DNA from: an uncultured Candidatus Binatia bacterium
GTDB lineage: Bacteria; Desulfobacterota; Binatia; Bin18
NCBI GenBank assembly: GCA_965214605.1
Contig: OZ243961.1
Location: forward strand, 2,560,001 to 2,624,000
Length of the DNA: 64,000 bases
Direction: 5' to 3'
The position numbers were made by a program, and so were the translations under genes. The notes below the pieces were generated by a model that saw nothing but the letters and a program-made list of their open reading frames with translations, made no database searches and was not told the origin of the DNA. Below are positions 20,256 through 31,093 of this stretch, piece by piece. Numbering within the stretch: the first letter of the stretch is position 1; every line of letters starts with the position of its first letter.

Positions 20256-21287
20256 TTACGCCTCTTGTTGGTGGGCAGGAATGCTCAGCCCGAACTTCTC
20301 CCGGATTCGACCTTCGACAACGGCCGCAAGATCAGGGTTCTCTCGCAGATACGCCTTGGCATTCTCTCGGCCCTGGCCAATGCGATCTCCACCGTGCGAA
20401 TACCACGCGCCCGCCTTCTCGATAATACCCTGATCAGTCCCGATATCGATCAGCTCTCCCTCTTTTGACACACCTCTGCCGTACAAGATGTCGAATTCCG
20501 CCTCCTTGAAGGGCGGCGCAACCTTATTTTTCACCACCTTGACCTTAGTGCGATTGCCGACAACGGCATCGGCGCTCTTGACCGCTCCGGTCCGACGAAT
20601 ATCCAAACGTACCGAGGCGTAAAATTTGAGGGCGTTTCCCCCGGTTGTGGTCTCAGGGTTCCCAAACATCACGCCGATCTTCATCCGGACCTGGTTGATG
20701 AAGATGACCATAGTTTTCGAACGCGCAATCGTCCCCACCAGCTTGCGTAGGGCTTGGGACATGAGGCGAGCTTGAAGTCCCATCTGTGGCTCGCCCATCT
20801 CCCCTTCAATTTCTGCCCGAGGGACAAGGGCGGCCACCGAGTCAATCACAACGACATCAAGCGCCCCGCTGCGCACCAGGGTTTCGGTAATCTCAAGGGC
20901 CTGCTCCCCATTGTCGGGTTGGGAGATCAGTAACTCGTCCCCCTGTACGCCCAGCTTTTGAGCGTAGGCCATATCGAGGGCGTGTTCGGCATCCACAAAG
21001 GCACAGGTCCCGCCCGCTTTCTGCGCCTGAGCCACCACATGCAGCGCTAGGGTCGTTTTTCCAGAAGACTCGGGACCGTAGATTTCAATCACCCGACCGC
21101 GCGGCAGCCCACCGATACCCAAGGCCAAGTCCAGGGTAAGCGAACCGGTCGAGATGGACTCAATATCCTCTATGACGGTATCTTCGCCAAACCTCATAAT
21201 TGAACCTTTGCCAAACTGCTTTTCAATCTGGCTCACCGCTAAATCAAGGGCCCGCTCACGGTCTCTGTTCTCTTTTTCGCTTGCCAT
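20256..21287 (-). CDS. recA: Recombinase RecA
   Basis: [23 protein letters not shown] motifs. Confidence 0.99.
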   Translation of the reverse strand: MASEKENRDRERALDLAVSQIEKQFGKGSIMRFGEDTVIEDIESISTGSLTLDLALGIGGLPRGRVIEIYGPESSGKTTLALHVVAQAQKAGGTCAFVDAEHALDMAYAQKLGVQGDELLISQPDNGEQALEITETLVRSGALDVVVIDSVAALVPRAEIEGEMGEPQMGLQARLMSQALRKLVGTIARSKTMVIFINQVRMKIGVMFGNPETTTGGNALKFYASVRLDIRRTGAVKSADAVVGNRTKVKVVKNKVAPPFKEAEFDILYGRGVSKEGELIDIGTDQGIIEKAGAWYSHGGDRIGQGRENAKAYLRENPDLAAVVEGRIREKFGLSIPAHQQEA

Positions 21288-21338
21288 AGCTGATCCTTCG
21301 TCTATGCAAAGTGGACGACTCCCGGAGGTCATCATCGT

Positions 21339-21902
21339 CTACTTTGTTTGGAGGGGAGCCGATCCTAAGGCGGTATAGATCGCCCCGGTGGGCCGCAGGT
21401 CGCTCCGATACAGCCTGACCTGGTCTATGACACTCGTGCCAAAGGAGGTGTGTGCGTAGTGTTGGACGAGGGGCAAGACCTGGTCCCAGCCGCGCTGAGA
21501 GCGGACCCGGCCAAGCGTCACATGGGGATGAAATTCGCGTTTTTCGGCAGGAAAATGCAGCTCCCGTAGGGCTGTTTCAAGATCTTTACTCAGCACTGTC
21601 AGCCCCTCTCCGCTCAGCCCAACCCAAATGACCCGCAGCCGTTTCAGGTCGGGAAATCCACCCAGCCGGCGGGCTTCGACCCGAAATGCTGGGCGGTCGT
21701 GTACGACGCGTCGCAACCGGCTCAGGATGGGAGCAACACAGTCCTGCTCAATATCACCCAGAAATTTTAGGGTCAGATGCATATTCTCAACTCGAGTCCA
21801 ACGCACCACGCCTGGGTCGGCCGCGCGCAACGCTGCTTGGACTTTCGCTATTTCTTCGACTACGAATGAAGCTAGATTAACCGCGATAAAGGTACGAATC
21901 AA
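21339..21902 (-). CDS. thpR: RNA 2',3'-cyclic phosphodiesterase
   Basis: Two HxT motifs (HLTLKF, HVTLGR); probable TTG start. Confidence 0.9.
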   Translation of the reverse strand: MIRTFIAVNLASFVVEEIAKVQAALRAADPGVVRWTRVENMHLTLKFLGDIEQDCVAPILSRLRRVVHDRPAFRVEARRLGGFPDLKRLRVIWVGLSGEGLTVLSKDLETALRELHFPAEKREFHPHVTLGRVRSQRGWDQVLPLVQHYAHTSFGTSVIDQVRLYRSDLRPTGAIYTALGSAPLQTK

Positions 21903-21927
21903 GGGGATTTGCTCGCAACAATCGGGC

Positions 21928-23211
21928 TTATCTCCGAATAAAACTGGCCTCATTAATCGGCACTCCAAGCAGAGACCGGCGGACCCAGTCAAGGGCCAGT
22001 TGGGAGATGAGGGTTTTGATCCACTCTCGGTTACCCCACAGTTTGTAACGACGTGAAACCAGGGTGCTCTCGTTGGCTAAGGCCAGACAGGCCGTGCCAA
22101 CCGGCTTGTCCTCGGTGGCGCCATCCGGGCCAGCAATGCCAGTCATCGCAATACCGATATCGGTGGCCAGCCGCTCACGCACGCCAGCCGCCATTTCGCC
22201 CACCACCTCCTCACTGACTGCTCCGTGGAGCTGCAAGGTGTGGGGCTTGACGCCCAAGAGCTGAGTTTTGGCCGTATTCGAGTAGGCGACAATAGTGCCT
22301 TGGAAGTAGGCTGAACTGCCCGGGACATTGGTCACCCGATGACCGACCAGACCGCCCGAACAGGCTTCGGCTAGGCCGAATGTCTTACCGTTTTCTTTGA
22401 GCAGGCGGCCCACCACTTCTTCCATAGTGACATCACCCTCACCGTAGACGTAGGTGCCAATCTTGGTGCGGATACGCTCAGAGAGGCTCTCCAGACGCGG
22501 CTCAGCCTCTCCCGGTCTCCCGCGTACCGTCAGGCGCATCGAGATCTGGGGAAAATTGGCCCGAAAGCCGACACGGCCCTCATCCTCGTCAATTGTCCCG
22601 GCGATCATCTCGTCAAGCCCGGATTCGCTGATCCCAAAAGTCTGAAAGGTACGGGTCAGAAACAGGTCCCCCCCACCACGCATCTCCCGTACCCACGGCA
22701 AGACCGTTTCTTCCATCATCGGTTTCATCTCACGTGGCACGCCGGGCAGCACGATCAGGTGCTTTTTGCCGTGGGGCGTATCAAGATCAAGCCGATAGCC
22801 GGGCGCCGTGCCCAGATGGTTGGGAACAATGACCGCGCCGGCTGGGAACTGGGCCTGTTTCAGATTGTTCTCGGGCATGACCCGATTAAAGGAGGCAAAC
22901 AAACGCCGGATATTCTCGGCCACCTCTTCGGAAAAGGTCAGTTCCACTCCGGCAACTTTGGCCACGAGTTCGGTGGTCAAATCATCGGCCGTCGGCCCGA
23001 TACCACCCGTCGAGACAATCACATCGGCCTGCTCCATAGCCTGTCGCCAGGCCCATATAATCCGCTCAGCCACATCGCCGACGGTGATCACCGTGGCGAC
23101 CTCCATCCCAACCTCGACAAACTTGTCGGCAATATAATTGGCGTTTGTATCGACCACTTTGCCGGTCGTAATCTCGTCCCCGGTGCTGAGAATAGCCACA
23201 CGTTCAATCAT
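21928..23211 (-). CDS. cinA: Competence/damage-inducible protein A
   Basis: GDE..G..VDTN, GGIGPTADD, LPGVPRE and a C-terminal PncC domain; cinA-thpR-recA context. Confidence 0.93.
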   Translation of the reverse strand: MIERVAILSTGDEITTGKVVDTNANYIADKFVEVGMEVATVITVGDVAERIIWAWRQAMEQADVIVSTGGIGPTADDLTTELVAKVAGVELTFSEEVAENIRRLFASFNRVMPENNLKQAQFPAGAVIVPNHLGTAPGYRLDLDTPHGKKHLIVLPGVPREMKPMMEETVLPWVREMRGGGDLFLTRTFQTFGISESGLDEMIAGTIDEDEGRVGFRANFPQISMRLTVRGRPGEAEPRLESLSERIRTKIGTYVYGEGDVTMEEVVGRLLKENGKTFGLAEACSGGLVGHRVTNVPGSSAYFQGTIVAYSNTAKTQLLGVKPHTLQLHGAVSEEVVGEMAAGVRERLATDIGIAMTGIAGPDGATEDKPVGTACLALANESTLVSRRYKLWGNREWIKTLISQLALDWVRRSLLGVPINEASFIRR

Positions 23212-23690
23212 AAGACACCTCTCGTGAGCAGGCGGAGCACGAGATTTGCGTATAGCCCCGCGACAACATCGTCGAACACAACTCCAAGCCCGCCAGCCAC
23301 CTGACGATCAAAGTAGCGTGCTGGCGGAGGCTTGAGGATATCAAACAGGCGGAAAAGCGCAAAGGCAATAAGCAGGCGGGGGAGCGTGAGGTCGAACCAG
23401 GCGGTCGCGCACAAGAAACCAACGATCTCATCAATGACGATCTTTCCACTATCGTGCTCGCCAAGGTAGCCTTCAGCCGCGCCGGCCAGCACACAGGCCA
23501 CGCCAATCAGCGCGCTAAGGGTGAGCAGGTGGAGAACTGGCGAGAAGGCGAAGAGCGCTCCCGAAGCGAAAATCAGCGGCAGCGCGGCCAAGGAGCCAAC
23601 CGTTCCCGACGCAACGGGCGCGTAACCTAGGTAGGCCCCGGTGGCCAGGAAAAGGATAAGCCCACGCACGCTATCTCGATAACGATCCAA
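23208..23690 (-). CDS. pgpA: Phosphatidylglycerophosphatase A
   Basis: ASGTVGS, IVIDEIVG, FRLFDILKP, DDVVAG motifs. Confidence 0.93.
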   Translation of the reverse strand: MDRYRDSVRGLILFLATGAYLGYAPVASGTVGSLAALPLIFASGALFAFSPVLHLLTLSALIGVACVLAGAAEGYLGEHDSGKIVIDEIVGFLCATAWFDLTLPRLLIAFALFRLFDILKPPPARYFDRQVAGGLGVVFDDVVAGLYANLVLRLLTRGVL

Positions 23691-23693
23691 ACT

Positions 23694-24926
23694 TTAGAGA
23701 GAGTTTTGCAACTCATCTCGAAAATCCGGATGAGCAATGTTGATCAGGGCTTCGGCTCGGGCATGAAGGTCTTTGCCTTTGAGCCGGGCGATGCCGTATT
23801 CGGTAATAATATAATCGGTACAGAAGCGCGGGGTGGTCACCATCGCCCCGGTGGCCAGTCGAGGCACAATTTTTGAGTGCTTGCCATCCTCGGTAGTTGA
23901 CGGCAGGGCGATAATAGAAATGCCCCCCTCCGATAGCGCGGCGGCCTCAACGTAGTCCAGACTGCCACCCACGCCGCTAATTTGGACCGGACCGATGGTC
24001 TCGCCGTTACTCTGGCCATGAAGGTCGATTTCGACCGCCGAGTTGACGGACACAAAGCGGGGCAGTTTGGCCAGCAGCAAGATGTTATGCGTCACACTCG
24101 AAGTGACCATCTGGAGGTTGGGGGTTTGACCACAAAAGTCGTACAGATCCTGATTCCCGGCCAACTCACCGGTGATGAGCTTGGGCGTGTGGCGGACCTT
24201 ATCCATGAAGGCAATCAGTCCCTGCGAGAGCATGCCCGAGTATAGGTTGGCCCCGCGTTTTTCGGCCAAACGCTCCAACACCAGATCGGGAACCGACCCA
24301 ACCCCGAGCTGCACCCAAGCGTTTTTCGGCACGAGTTCCAAGACGGTCTCGGCAATCTTTTGATCTCGTTCGCTCTGGTGCGGGGCGGTGTAGACGCCGA
24401 GCGGCTCGGACGACTCAATCGCATAGTCGATCTTCTCGACCGGTACACGACTATTGCCCGTAGTCACTGGCATATTGGTATTGACCTCGACGATCACGAG
24501 TTTAGCGCTGTCAATAAAGTCCTGATACAGACTGACCGAAATCCCCAGACTGACCATGCCTTCGCCATCCGGGGGTGAGACTTGGGCAACGACGACGTCC
24601 GGCTGAATCAGGCCGTTTTTGTGAACGATTTTGGTAATCTCGCTAAACCGCATCGGCACAAAACCGACCTTGTTTTCCTTAAACAGATGGCGAATCTGGG
24701 GAGCGGCCTGCCAGGTTTTATACGTAAAATTTGTACCTAGGCCGTTGCGTAAAAACGGGTAAGAGCCAAAGGCTAGGCCGGAATAAATCGTCAGATTGTT
24801 AAAGCGCTCAATCTCTTGTCCAAAGGCCTGATAAAATATCATCGGTTCGACGCAGCCGTGGGGGAAAATAACGGTACTCGCATCGGGAATGGCCTGGACT
24901 GCCTGCTTGGGACTCACAAGTTTCAT
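23694..24926 (-). CDS. Acetyl-CoA hydrolase/4-hydroxybutyrate CoA-transferase family protein
   Basis: QLGVG, SGVGGSLDY, ITEYGIARL, IAHPDFR motifs. Confidence 0.85.
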   Translation of the reverse strand: MKLVSPKQAVQAIPDASTVIFPHGCVEPMIFYQAFGQEIERFNNLTIYSGLAFGSYPFLRNGLGTNFTYKTWQAAPQIRHLFKENKVGFVPMRFSEITKIVHKNGLIQPDVVVAQVSPPDGEGMVSLGISVSLYQDFIDSAKLVIVEVNTNMPVTTGNSRVPVEKIDYAIESSEPLGVYTAPHQSERDQKIAETVLELVPKNAWVQLGVGSVPDLVLERLAEKRGANLYSGMLSQGLIAFMDKVRHTPKLITGELAGNQDLYDFCGQTPNLQMVTSSVTHNILLLAKLPRFVSVNSAVEIDLHGQSNGETIGPVQISGVGGSLDYVEAAALSEGGISIIALPSTTEDGKHSKIVPRLATGAMVTTPRFCTDYIITEYGIARLKGKDLHARAEALINIAHPDFRDELQNSL

Positions 24927-25064
24927 ATTGGCCTCGCTTTGGCGTATCAATCCGCCATATCTCGGCTCAAAAGCGAACGATGAGGACTCCCTCATCAGGA
25001 AAAGATCATCGTTCGTCGCTTTTCTTTACCCTACGATGACGGGCCGCCTGCGTCTAGTGGTCGC

Positions 25065-26144
25065 CTAGGGAATGATCGCATATTTGATCCCCCGCCCTTG
25101 CTGCAAAAGCTCAAAGACTGCCGCAAGCTCGGCCAGGGGATAGCTGGCGCTAATCAGGGCGGTGCTTAGAATTTTTCCGCTCGCCAGCAGTTCGTAGGCA
25201 CGCCGCACAGCGGTGGGGGTAAAATGGAAAGGGCTAAACAGGCGGACCTGATCGTAATGGATCCGATAGGTATCAAGAGCGATCGTCGTTCCCGGCGGAC
25301 AGCCACCAAAGAGAATCAGCTGGCCACCCGGACGGGGCCAAAAAACCGACTCTTGCCACACCTGGGGCTGGGCTGTGCACTCAACAACGAGGTCGGCACC
25401 CCGACCGTGGGTGAGACTCAACACCTCTTCGCGGGCGTCTTCGGCCGAACGGGCAATAATCCCGCTGGCTCCGAGTCGGCGGGCAATATCGGCCCGGTAT
25501 GGGTTGCGGGCCACCACATACACCCGCTCGACCCCACGTAGGCGCAAAACCGCGAGATGCAACAAACCAAAAGCGCCCGCTCCAACGATGAGCGCGGTAT
25601 CGTCCGGCCGCAGAACAATGGGCTGCAGACCAAACACGACACATGACAGGGGTTCGAGCAGACACGCCTCGGCAAAAGACAGCTGATCGGGTTTGGGGAA
25701 GAGATTGCTCCGGTGAACCCGGGCCGGAATACGCACATATTCGGCGTAGCCTCCCAACACCATCGTCTCCATGAGCGACACACACAGGTTTTCCTGTTCC
25801 CGCTGACAGTAAAAGCAGCTCCCGCAGGGACCGGTTGGAGCAACCATTACAGCGTCACCTTCACGAACGGACCGCACCCGACTGCCACATGCGGCCACGG
25901 TGCCCGCATACTCGTGGCCGAATCGTACCGGCGGTGGCCACTTGGGGTGGCCGCGTCGAAAGGCCTTGAGATCTGTTCCACACGTTAGCGCGGCACCAAT
26001 CTTCAGCACGATCTCGTCCTCTTTGGGTTGAGGGATCGGGGTGCGCTGAAAAGCCAGCCGGCCCGGACCGAGCAACATCACGGCCTGCATGTGGTCAGGC
26101 GTGTTGGGAAAAGGGGTGGACGATCTTTTAGAGGGGTCGGTCAT
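25065..26144 (-). CDS. Zinc-dependent (MDR) alcohol dehydrogenase
   Basis: CGTD, GHEYAG, CGSCFYC, GAGAFG motifs. Confidence 0.9.
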   Translation of the reverse strand: MTDPSKRSSTPFPNTPDHMQAVMLLGPGRLAFQRTPIPQPKEDEIVLKIGAALTCGTDLKAFRRGHPKWPPPVRFGHEYAGTVAACGSRVRSVREGDAVMVAPTGPCGSCFYCQREQENLCVSLMETMVLGGYAEYVRIPARVHRSNLFPKPDQLSFAEACLLEPLSCVVFGLQPIVLRPDDTALIVGAGAFGLLHLAVLRLRGVERVYVVARNPYRADIARRLGASGIIARSAEDAREEVLSLTHGRGADLVVECTAQPQVWQESVFWPRPGGQLILFGGCPPGTTIALDTYRIHYDQVRLFSPFHFTPTAVRRAYELLASGKILSTALISASYPLAELAAVFELLQQGRGIKYAIIP

Positions 26145-26184
26145 GAGCGATCTCTTGTGGAGAGCAGGGCGAGCACGGGGGGGC

Positions 26185-26772
26185 TCACCACAGCAGCGGA
26201 CGAACGTGAAAATGATAATGATCGGGAATTTGGCGCATATTGTGATCAAAAGTCCATTTGGGAAAATGGCCGGTATATTTCTGCTCGGCAACCATATTGA
26301 GCGCCTCTTCCATAAAGGTGACTTCGTCCGGCGTCAGTGTAACCCGGTGTTCAGCCAGGACCGCGATCGGCACCTCGCAGGCGTCACAATCAAGAATGGT
26401 AAACTTCAGCGGCCGATGAAACTCGGCATACCAGGGGGTGTAGTGGACCAGCTCACACAGGTCACACACCCGGCCTGAGGGCATTCTCCCGATCGGGGGC
26501 GGTCGATAGTCAGCCGGCCGCTCAAATTTCCCGCTGGCCTGTTTGTCGGCCACTAAGCGGCGTATTTTTTCGATATAGGCCAGCTCCTCAGCGCTCAGCT
26601 TGTCCCGTGGCGTATCGCCCTCTTCATCGGACAGCACCCGGACCGAGAGCGGGCCGGGACTCCCGTCGAGGACGACAAAATGAAGCGGCTGATAAAACTC
26701 GACCAGCACGGGGAAAGCGCCGGGGGGGTACGCGGATGAGTCAAACGACAGCCACGCCGGGCGGTTGGCCAT
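26185..26772 (-). CDS. Hypothetical protein with two CxxC motifs and a C-terminal HIT-like HxHxH
   Basis: CDLC, CDAC, MRQIPDHYHFH. Confidence 0.65.
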   Translation of the reverse strand: MANRPAWLSFDSSAYPPGAFPVLVEFYQPLHFVVLDGSPGPLSVRVLSDEEGDTPRDKLSAEELAYIEKIRRLVADKQASGKFERPADYRPPPIGRMPSGRVCDLCELVHYTPWYAEFHRPLKFTILDCDACEVPIAVLAEHRVTLTPDEVTFMEEALNMVAEQKYTGHFPKWTFDHNMRQIPDHYHFHVRPLLW

Positions 26773-26795
26773 ATGCTCTGCCTCCTCATGTCTCT

Positions 26796-27840
26796 TCAGT
26801 TGACCTCGATATGATACAGGCGGGCAACGTTCTCGCGGACAATTTTCCGCCGTACCTCGTCAGCGATCCCCTGGAAGTTGCGGGCCACGGCCTCACGGGA
26901 GCGTGGCCGGGTCGCCATCAAATGCGGATAGTCGCTGGACCACATATAATTGTCGGTTCCAAACAGGTCTGCGTTACGTACGCCAACTGCGCCATCAATA
27001 TATGGTGGGCCAGGTCGGAGCGGGCCAGAAAGTGCGGCAGCCAGCCAATATCATTTTCGGCAGACACAATCTTGAGTTCGGGGAAACGTTCGAGACGCCC
27101 CCAAACACCAGGGCAGTAGAAGGTTCGTTGGACCTCGTAGGGGATACTCATGATGTGCAGGAATAAGTTGGAGTCGTAGCGGCTCTCTTTACCATGGCCC
27201 GTCCCTAAATGCAGCCTGAGCGGTACGTTCAGCTCTTGGGCTTCGGCCCAGAACGGATCATAGCGCGCCTCCGCGTACGTTCGGCCTTGGGGTGGTGAGC
27301 ACATGATCAGCCCACCTCTCAGTCCAAGCTTGGCGCACCGCCGTAGCTCCTTGACGCCTTGCTCGATATCGAGGAGCGGAATCATCGCCAGACCGAGGAG
27401 TTGTTCGGACGCATAAATGCACAGCGCGTCCAGTTATTATACACCCGGAACAATTCCCGTTGGAAGGGCCCGTCGAGCAGGCCGAACAGACGAAAGCCTA
27501 AGGTCGTATAAATGACTTCCGCCTCAACCCCATCAAGCGCCATGTCTTTGAGCCGGGGGGCGGCCTGCCAGCCACCGGCAATGCCATCGTCGTAGTTAGT
27601 GGCCTTTTGAAACTCGTTATACTCGCTCGGATCTTTGCCCGCGGCAAAAGCTAGCGAGGCAGGGCGGGGTTCCAGCCCTTCGCAGATGAACCACTCCCCG
27701 CTCAAATCACCTGGGTTTGTTTCCACCCGTGGGGCCCGGTCACGAAAGGATTCATCCATCCGCTCGATCCACAGAATTGACCTGACTTAATCCGTGCCCG
27801 CTCTGACTTCAGTGCCCAATTCCACTGAATCCGCAGGAGG
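26796..27840 (-). pseudogene. Degraded amidohydrolase (paralog of 28147-29262)
   Basis: Fragments in several frames (ADS, LWIERMD, DGVEAEVIY, YDPFWA, LERFPELKIVSAEND, RRKIVRENVARLY) interrupted by stops, frameshifts and deletions. Confidence 0.8.
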
Positions 27841-28146
27841 AGGAAGGTGGTCGTGCCCGACCAAGTCGGCAAGAAACTGCTCAAAATTGCGGGTGTCGCT
27901 CAGCTGCTCCGTACGACTCGCGAACGCGATAGAGTTATGGCCGTCACGATCTGGATTGCTCTGCTCTCTCAGTGTTGGCGGATTGCCCCTCATCCCCCAC
28001 ACTTTAGAAGGCCAAGGTGTCAGGACCCGCGACGGCACCGGGTCACTCCGAACCCTCTACTAGGTCTCTCCTCAAACTGCGGGCGAGGCGTGCGCGGCCG
28101 GAGGATTGTCCCATGCACGCACGCCTCGGGCACTTGCGAGGGGTTG

Positions 28147-29262
28147 CTAGACTTCGATGTTATACAGCTTAGCCGCGGTATCGTGAACGATCTTCCGCCG
28201 GTCGGTCTCGTCAAGCTCACTAAACGTTTTGTTGATGAAGTCTTGCGAGCGCGGCCAGGTGGCGGCGGTATGCGGGTAGTCTGAGGACCACATCGTGTTA
28301 TCCGGGCCGTACAGGTCGAGGGTACGGATGAAAAGCGGTTCATTGATGAAGGTAGCGTAGACCTGGCGTTTGATGTAGTCGCTGGGCTTGAGGCTCAATT
28401 CTGCTGGCGTGCCCATCGAACCCAAGCGACCATGGATCAAATCCATCCGCCACATGAAGTACGGCATCCATGCCACATCGTTCTCGGCCGAGACAACCTT
28501 CAGGTTCGGAAAACGTTCCAGGACGCCACCGAGCACGAACACGGCCAGCGAGCGTTCGACTTCGTGGTACAGGGTGGTCGCTTGCAGCGCCAAGTTGTTG
28601 CTAAAGAAGTCAATGCCGGTGCCCTTGCGGCCGGTCAGGATATGTAACGACAGGGGCATATTGAGCTCGGACGCTGCTGCCCAAAATGGATCATACACAG
28701 AATCGCTATAAGGGGTGTCCCCAGGCGGCTCGGCCCAGATCATTGCCCCGCGAATGCCTTTTTTGGCACACCGTTCGAGCTCTTTGGTGCCGGCCTGAAT
28801 GTCTTCAAGGGTAATCAGACCGAGCGGCAGCAGGCGTTTGGGGTCGTGGCTGCAATATTCGGCGGCCCAGTCGTTATAGGCGGAGAAACAGGCGGCCCGT
28901 AGCTCGACGTCATCGAGCATATAGAGCGGCATCCCCATTGAGGTGTAGATCGCCTCGGCGATCACGCCGTCTCGGTCCTGGTCCTTAATCCGGGCGGCCG
29001 GGTCCCACACCGACGCGGGGGCCTGATCCATGCCTTTTTTATTGTGCTCGGGCAGGTCGGCCGAAGGGACGCCAGCGCCAAAAAATGCCGCAACCGGGAA
29101 GGGAGAGATGTTTTCGCACACAAAATACTCGCCCTCTTTGCCGTTCAGATCTTTGACGGTATGGGGCGCCTTGTCCCGGAACTTCTTATCTAGGCGTTCC
29201 TTCCACATGCTGGGCGGCTCTACAAAATGCGAATCCGCTGAAATAACACTATAGTCTGCCAT
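28147..29262 (-). CDS. Amidohydrolase family 2 protein
   Basis: ISADSH, YDPFWA, LERFPNLK, WSSDYPH motifs. Confidence 0.9.
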   Translation of the reverse strand: MADYSVISADSHFVEPPSMWKERLDKKFRDKAPHTVKDLNGKEGEYFVCENISPFPVAAFFGAGVPSADLPEHNKKGMDQAPASVWDPAARIKDQDRDGVIAEAIYTSMGMPLYMLDDVELRAACFSAYNDWAAEYCSHDPKRLLPLGLITLEDIQAGTKELERCAKKGIRGAMIWAEPPGDTPYSDSVYDPFWAAASELNMPLSLHILTGRKGTGIDFFSNNLALQATTLYHEVERSLAVFVLGGVLERFPNLKVVSAENDVAWMPYFMWRMDLIHGRLGSMGTPAELSLKPSDYIKRQVYATFINEPLFIRTLDLYGPDNTMWSSDYPHTAATWPRSQDFINKTFSELDETDRRKIVHDTAAKLYNIEV

Positions 29263-29451
29263 ACCAGATCCTCCTTCTCTCCGTTAAGTTTGCTTATCTA
29301 CCCCTCCCGTCGCCCCCTCCACAGGTTTATCCCAGCTTCCTCCTTAGCAGCGTCACGATACGCCTTTTTTCCCGCACAATGCAAGAGTCGTGAGAAAATC
29401 GGGATTGCCGGATGGCTCACAAGCCTGGTAAGATCCCCTATCCCACCCCAT

Positions 29452-29525
29452 GCCCCCGTAGCTCAGCCGGATAGAGCATCGGATTCCTAATCCGAGGGTC
29501 GTGCGTTCGAATCGCGCCGGGGGCA
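29452..29525 (+). tRNA. tRNA-Arg (anticodon CCT)
   Basis: GCCCCCG/CGGGGGC acceptor stem, D-arm GCTC..GAGC, anticodon arm TCGGA-TTCCTAA-TCCGA, T-loop TTCGAAT; CCA not encoded. Confidence 0.95.
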
Positions 29526-29820
29526 TCTCATGACTTGGAAGGACCTGCGGGAGGGGTGGGGGAGGTGTCGCGGCCCTTCTAAACAGGGAGGCGTGGCCAC
29601 GTTGTAATTGGTATCAAAAGCTGTTTCCGGGCCGGCTCCAACAGGTTGGGGTCGGGCGGTTCTGATGGCTGACCCTATGGCTGGCTCTGTGGGACTCAAT
29701 GGCACGCGCCCAAGGAGGGACGAATTTTCTCCTCAGAGTAAGGAGAACTGCTATTGTCGGATTTTTATTTTTGATGGAAGTTGTTCGCAGACATGCAACG
29801 CCCGAACTGTCGTGCAGCCG

Positions 29821-31086
29821 CTATTCGTCTCCGTACGCCTCGGCCAACAGGTCTACGGTATGCACGGCTTCAATTGACACGCCCCGCTGCTGTAAGCCGG
29901 CCCGAATCTGCATCAGGCAACCGGGATTGCCCATCACGACCGTCTCGGCTTGGGTGCTCTGAATGTTGTCGACTTTGCGGTGCATAAGCCGCTCGGCCAT
30001 CTCGGGTTCCGTGATATTATACGTACCGGCACTGCCACAACACCAGTCAGACTCGGGGAGCTCTTTGAGCAGCAGACCCGGAATAGCCGCAAGCAGCGCA
30101 CGCGGTTGGGCACGCACCTTTTGACCGTGGGCCAAGTGGCAGGCATCGTGATAAGTGACGGTTTTGTTCAGGGTCTTGGTCGGCTTGGTCGGCTCAATCT
30201 CGGCCAGAAACTCCGAGACGTCTTTCATCTTGGCCACTAGCTGCTCAGCCCGCCCACGGTACACCGGGTCGTTTTTGAGCAGCTCACCATACTCTTTCAT
30301 CATCGCCCCGCAGCCCGAGGCATTAATGATCAGGGCGTCGATTTCAAGATCGCTGAAGACCTCAATATTGCGTCGCACCAGCGCCAGGGCCTTGTTGTTG
30401 CCGTTATGCAACAACAAGGCTCCGCAACAGGCTTGACTTTTGGGTACGAGAACCTCACAGCCGTTGTGGCGCAGGACTTTCACGGTGGCTTCATTGGTTG
30501 CGCCAAACAGTTCAGGCATGACACAGCCGGACAGCATAGCCACCCGGTAGCGCTGCTCCCCAATGGGGGGGTAGCGGTCGTGCAGTGCGGCCGAGGACAG
30601 TCTGCCTCGGTCCGGAATAAGGCCAAAGTGGAGACGCAGGCGGGGGGGCAGCCAGGCGGCTCGGGCCAAGCGACCTAGTCCCAGCAGTGAGCCGAATCTG
30701 AGGAGCCCGGCGAACAGGTACATACCAACCGGGTTGGGAAAAATCGAATCAATGGCCCAACGGGTGAGGCGTTCGGTCAGCGGCCGCTTGTAGTGCTGCT
30801 CAATATACGGCCGGGCTCCTTCGATTAGCGCCCCATACTGCACCCCGGACGGACACGCTGTCTCGCATGCCCGACAGCCCAGGCACAGATCAAGATGCCG
30901 CACGACTTCAGAATCCAGACCAAAGCGGCCCTCTTGCAGCGACCGCAGCGTCAGGATCCTGCCCCGTGGAGAGTCCATCTCGGTCCCCAATTCGGCGTAG
31001 GTCGGGCAAAATGGGAGGCACAGTCCGCAGTGCACACAGTCAAAGAATTTCTCGTGATCAACAAAATTGGCGGGTTCGTGTGGCAT
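29821..31086 (-). CDS. glcF: Glycolate oxidase iron-sulfur subunit
   Basis: Two CxxCxxCxxxCP clusters and CCG domains. Confidence 0.9.
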   Translation of the reverse strand: MPHEPANFVDHEKFFDCVHCGLCLPFCPTYAELGTEMDSPRGRILTLRSLQEGRFGLDSEVVRHLDLCLGCRACETACPSGVQYGALIEGARPYIEQHYKRPLTERLTRWAIDSIFPNPVGMYLFAGLLRFGSLLGLGRLARAAWLPPRLRLHFGLIPDRGRLSSAALHDRYPPIGEQRYRVAMLSGCVMPELFGATNEATVKVLRHNGCEVLVPKSQACCGALLLHNGNNKALALVRRNIEVFSDLEIDALIINASGCGAMMKEYGELLKNDPVYRGRAEQLVAKMKDVSEFLAEIEPTKPTKTLNKTVTYHDACHLAHGQKVRAQPRALLAAIPGLLLKELPESDWCCGSAGTYNITEPEMAERLMHRKVDNIQSTQAETVVMGNPGCLMQIRAGLQQRGVSIEAVHTVDLLAEAYGDE

Positions 31087-31093
31087 ACGAAGC

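Noticed and set aside
29526-29820. Integrative element at tRNA-Arg
   Set aside because: No integrase and no duplicated tRNA 3' end were seen in the window.
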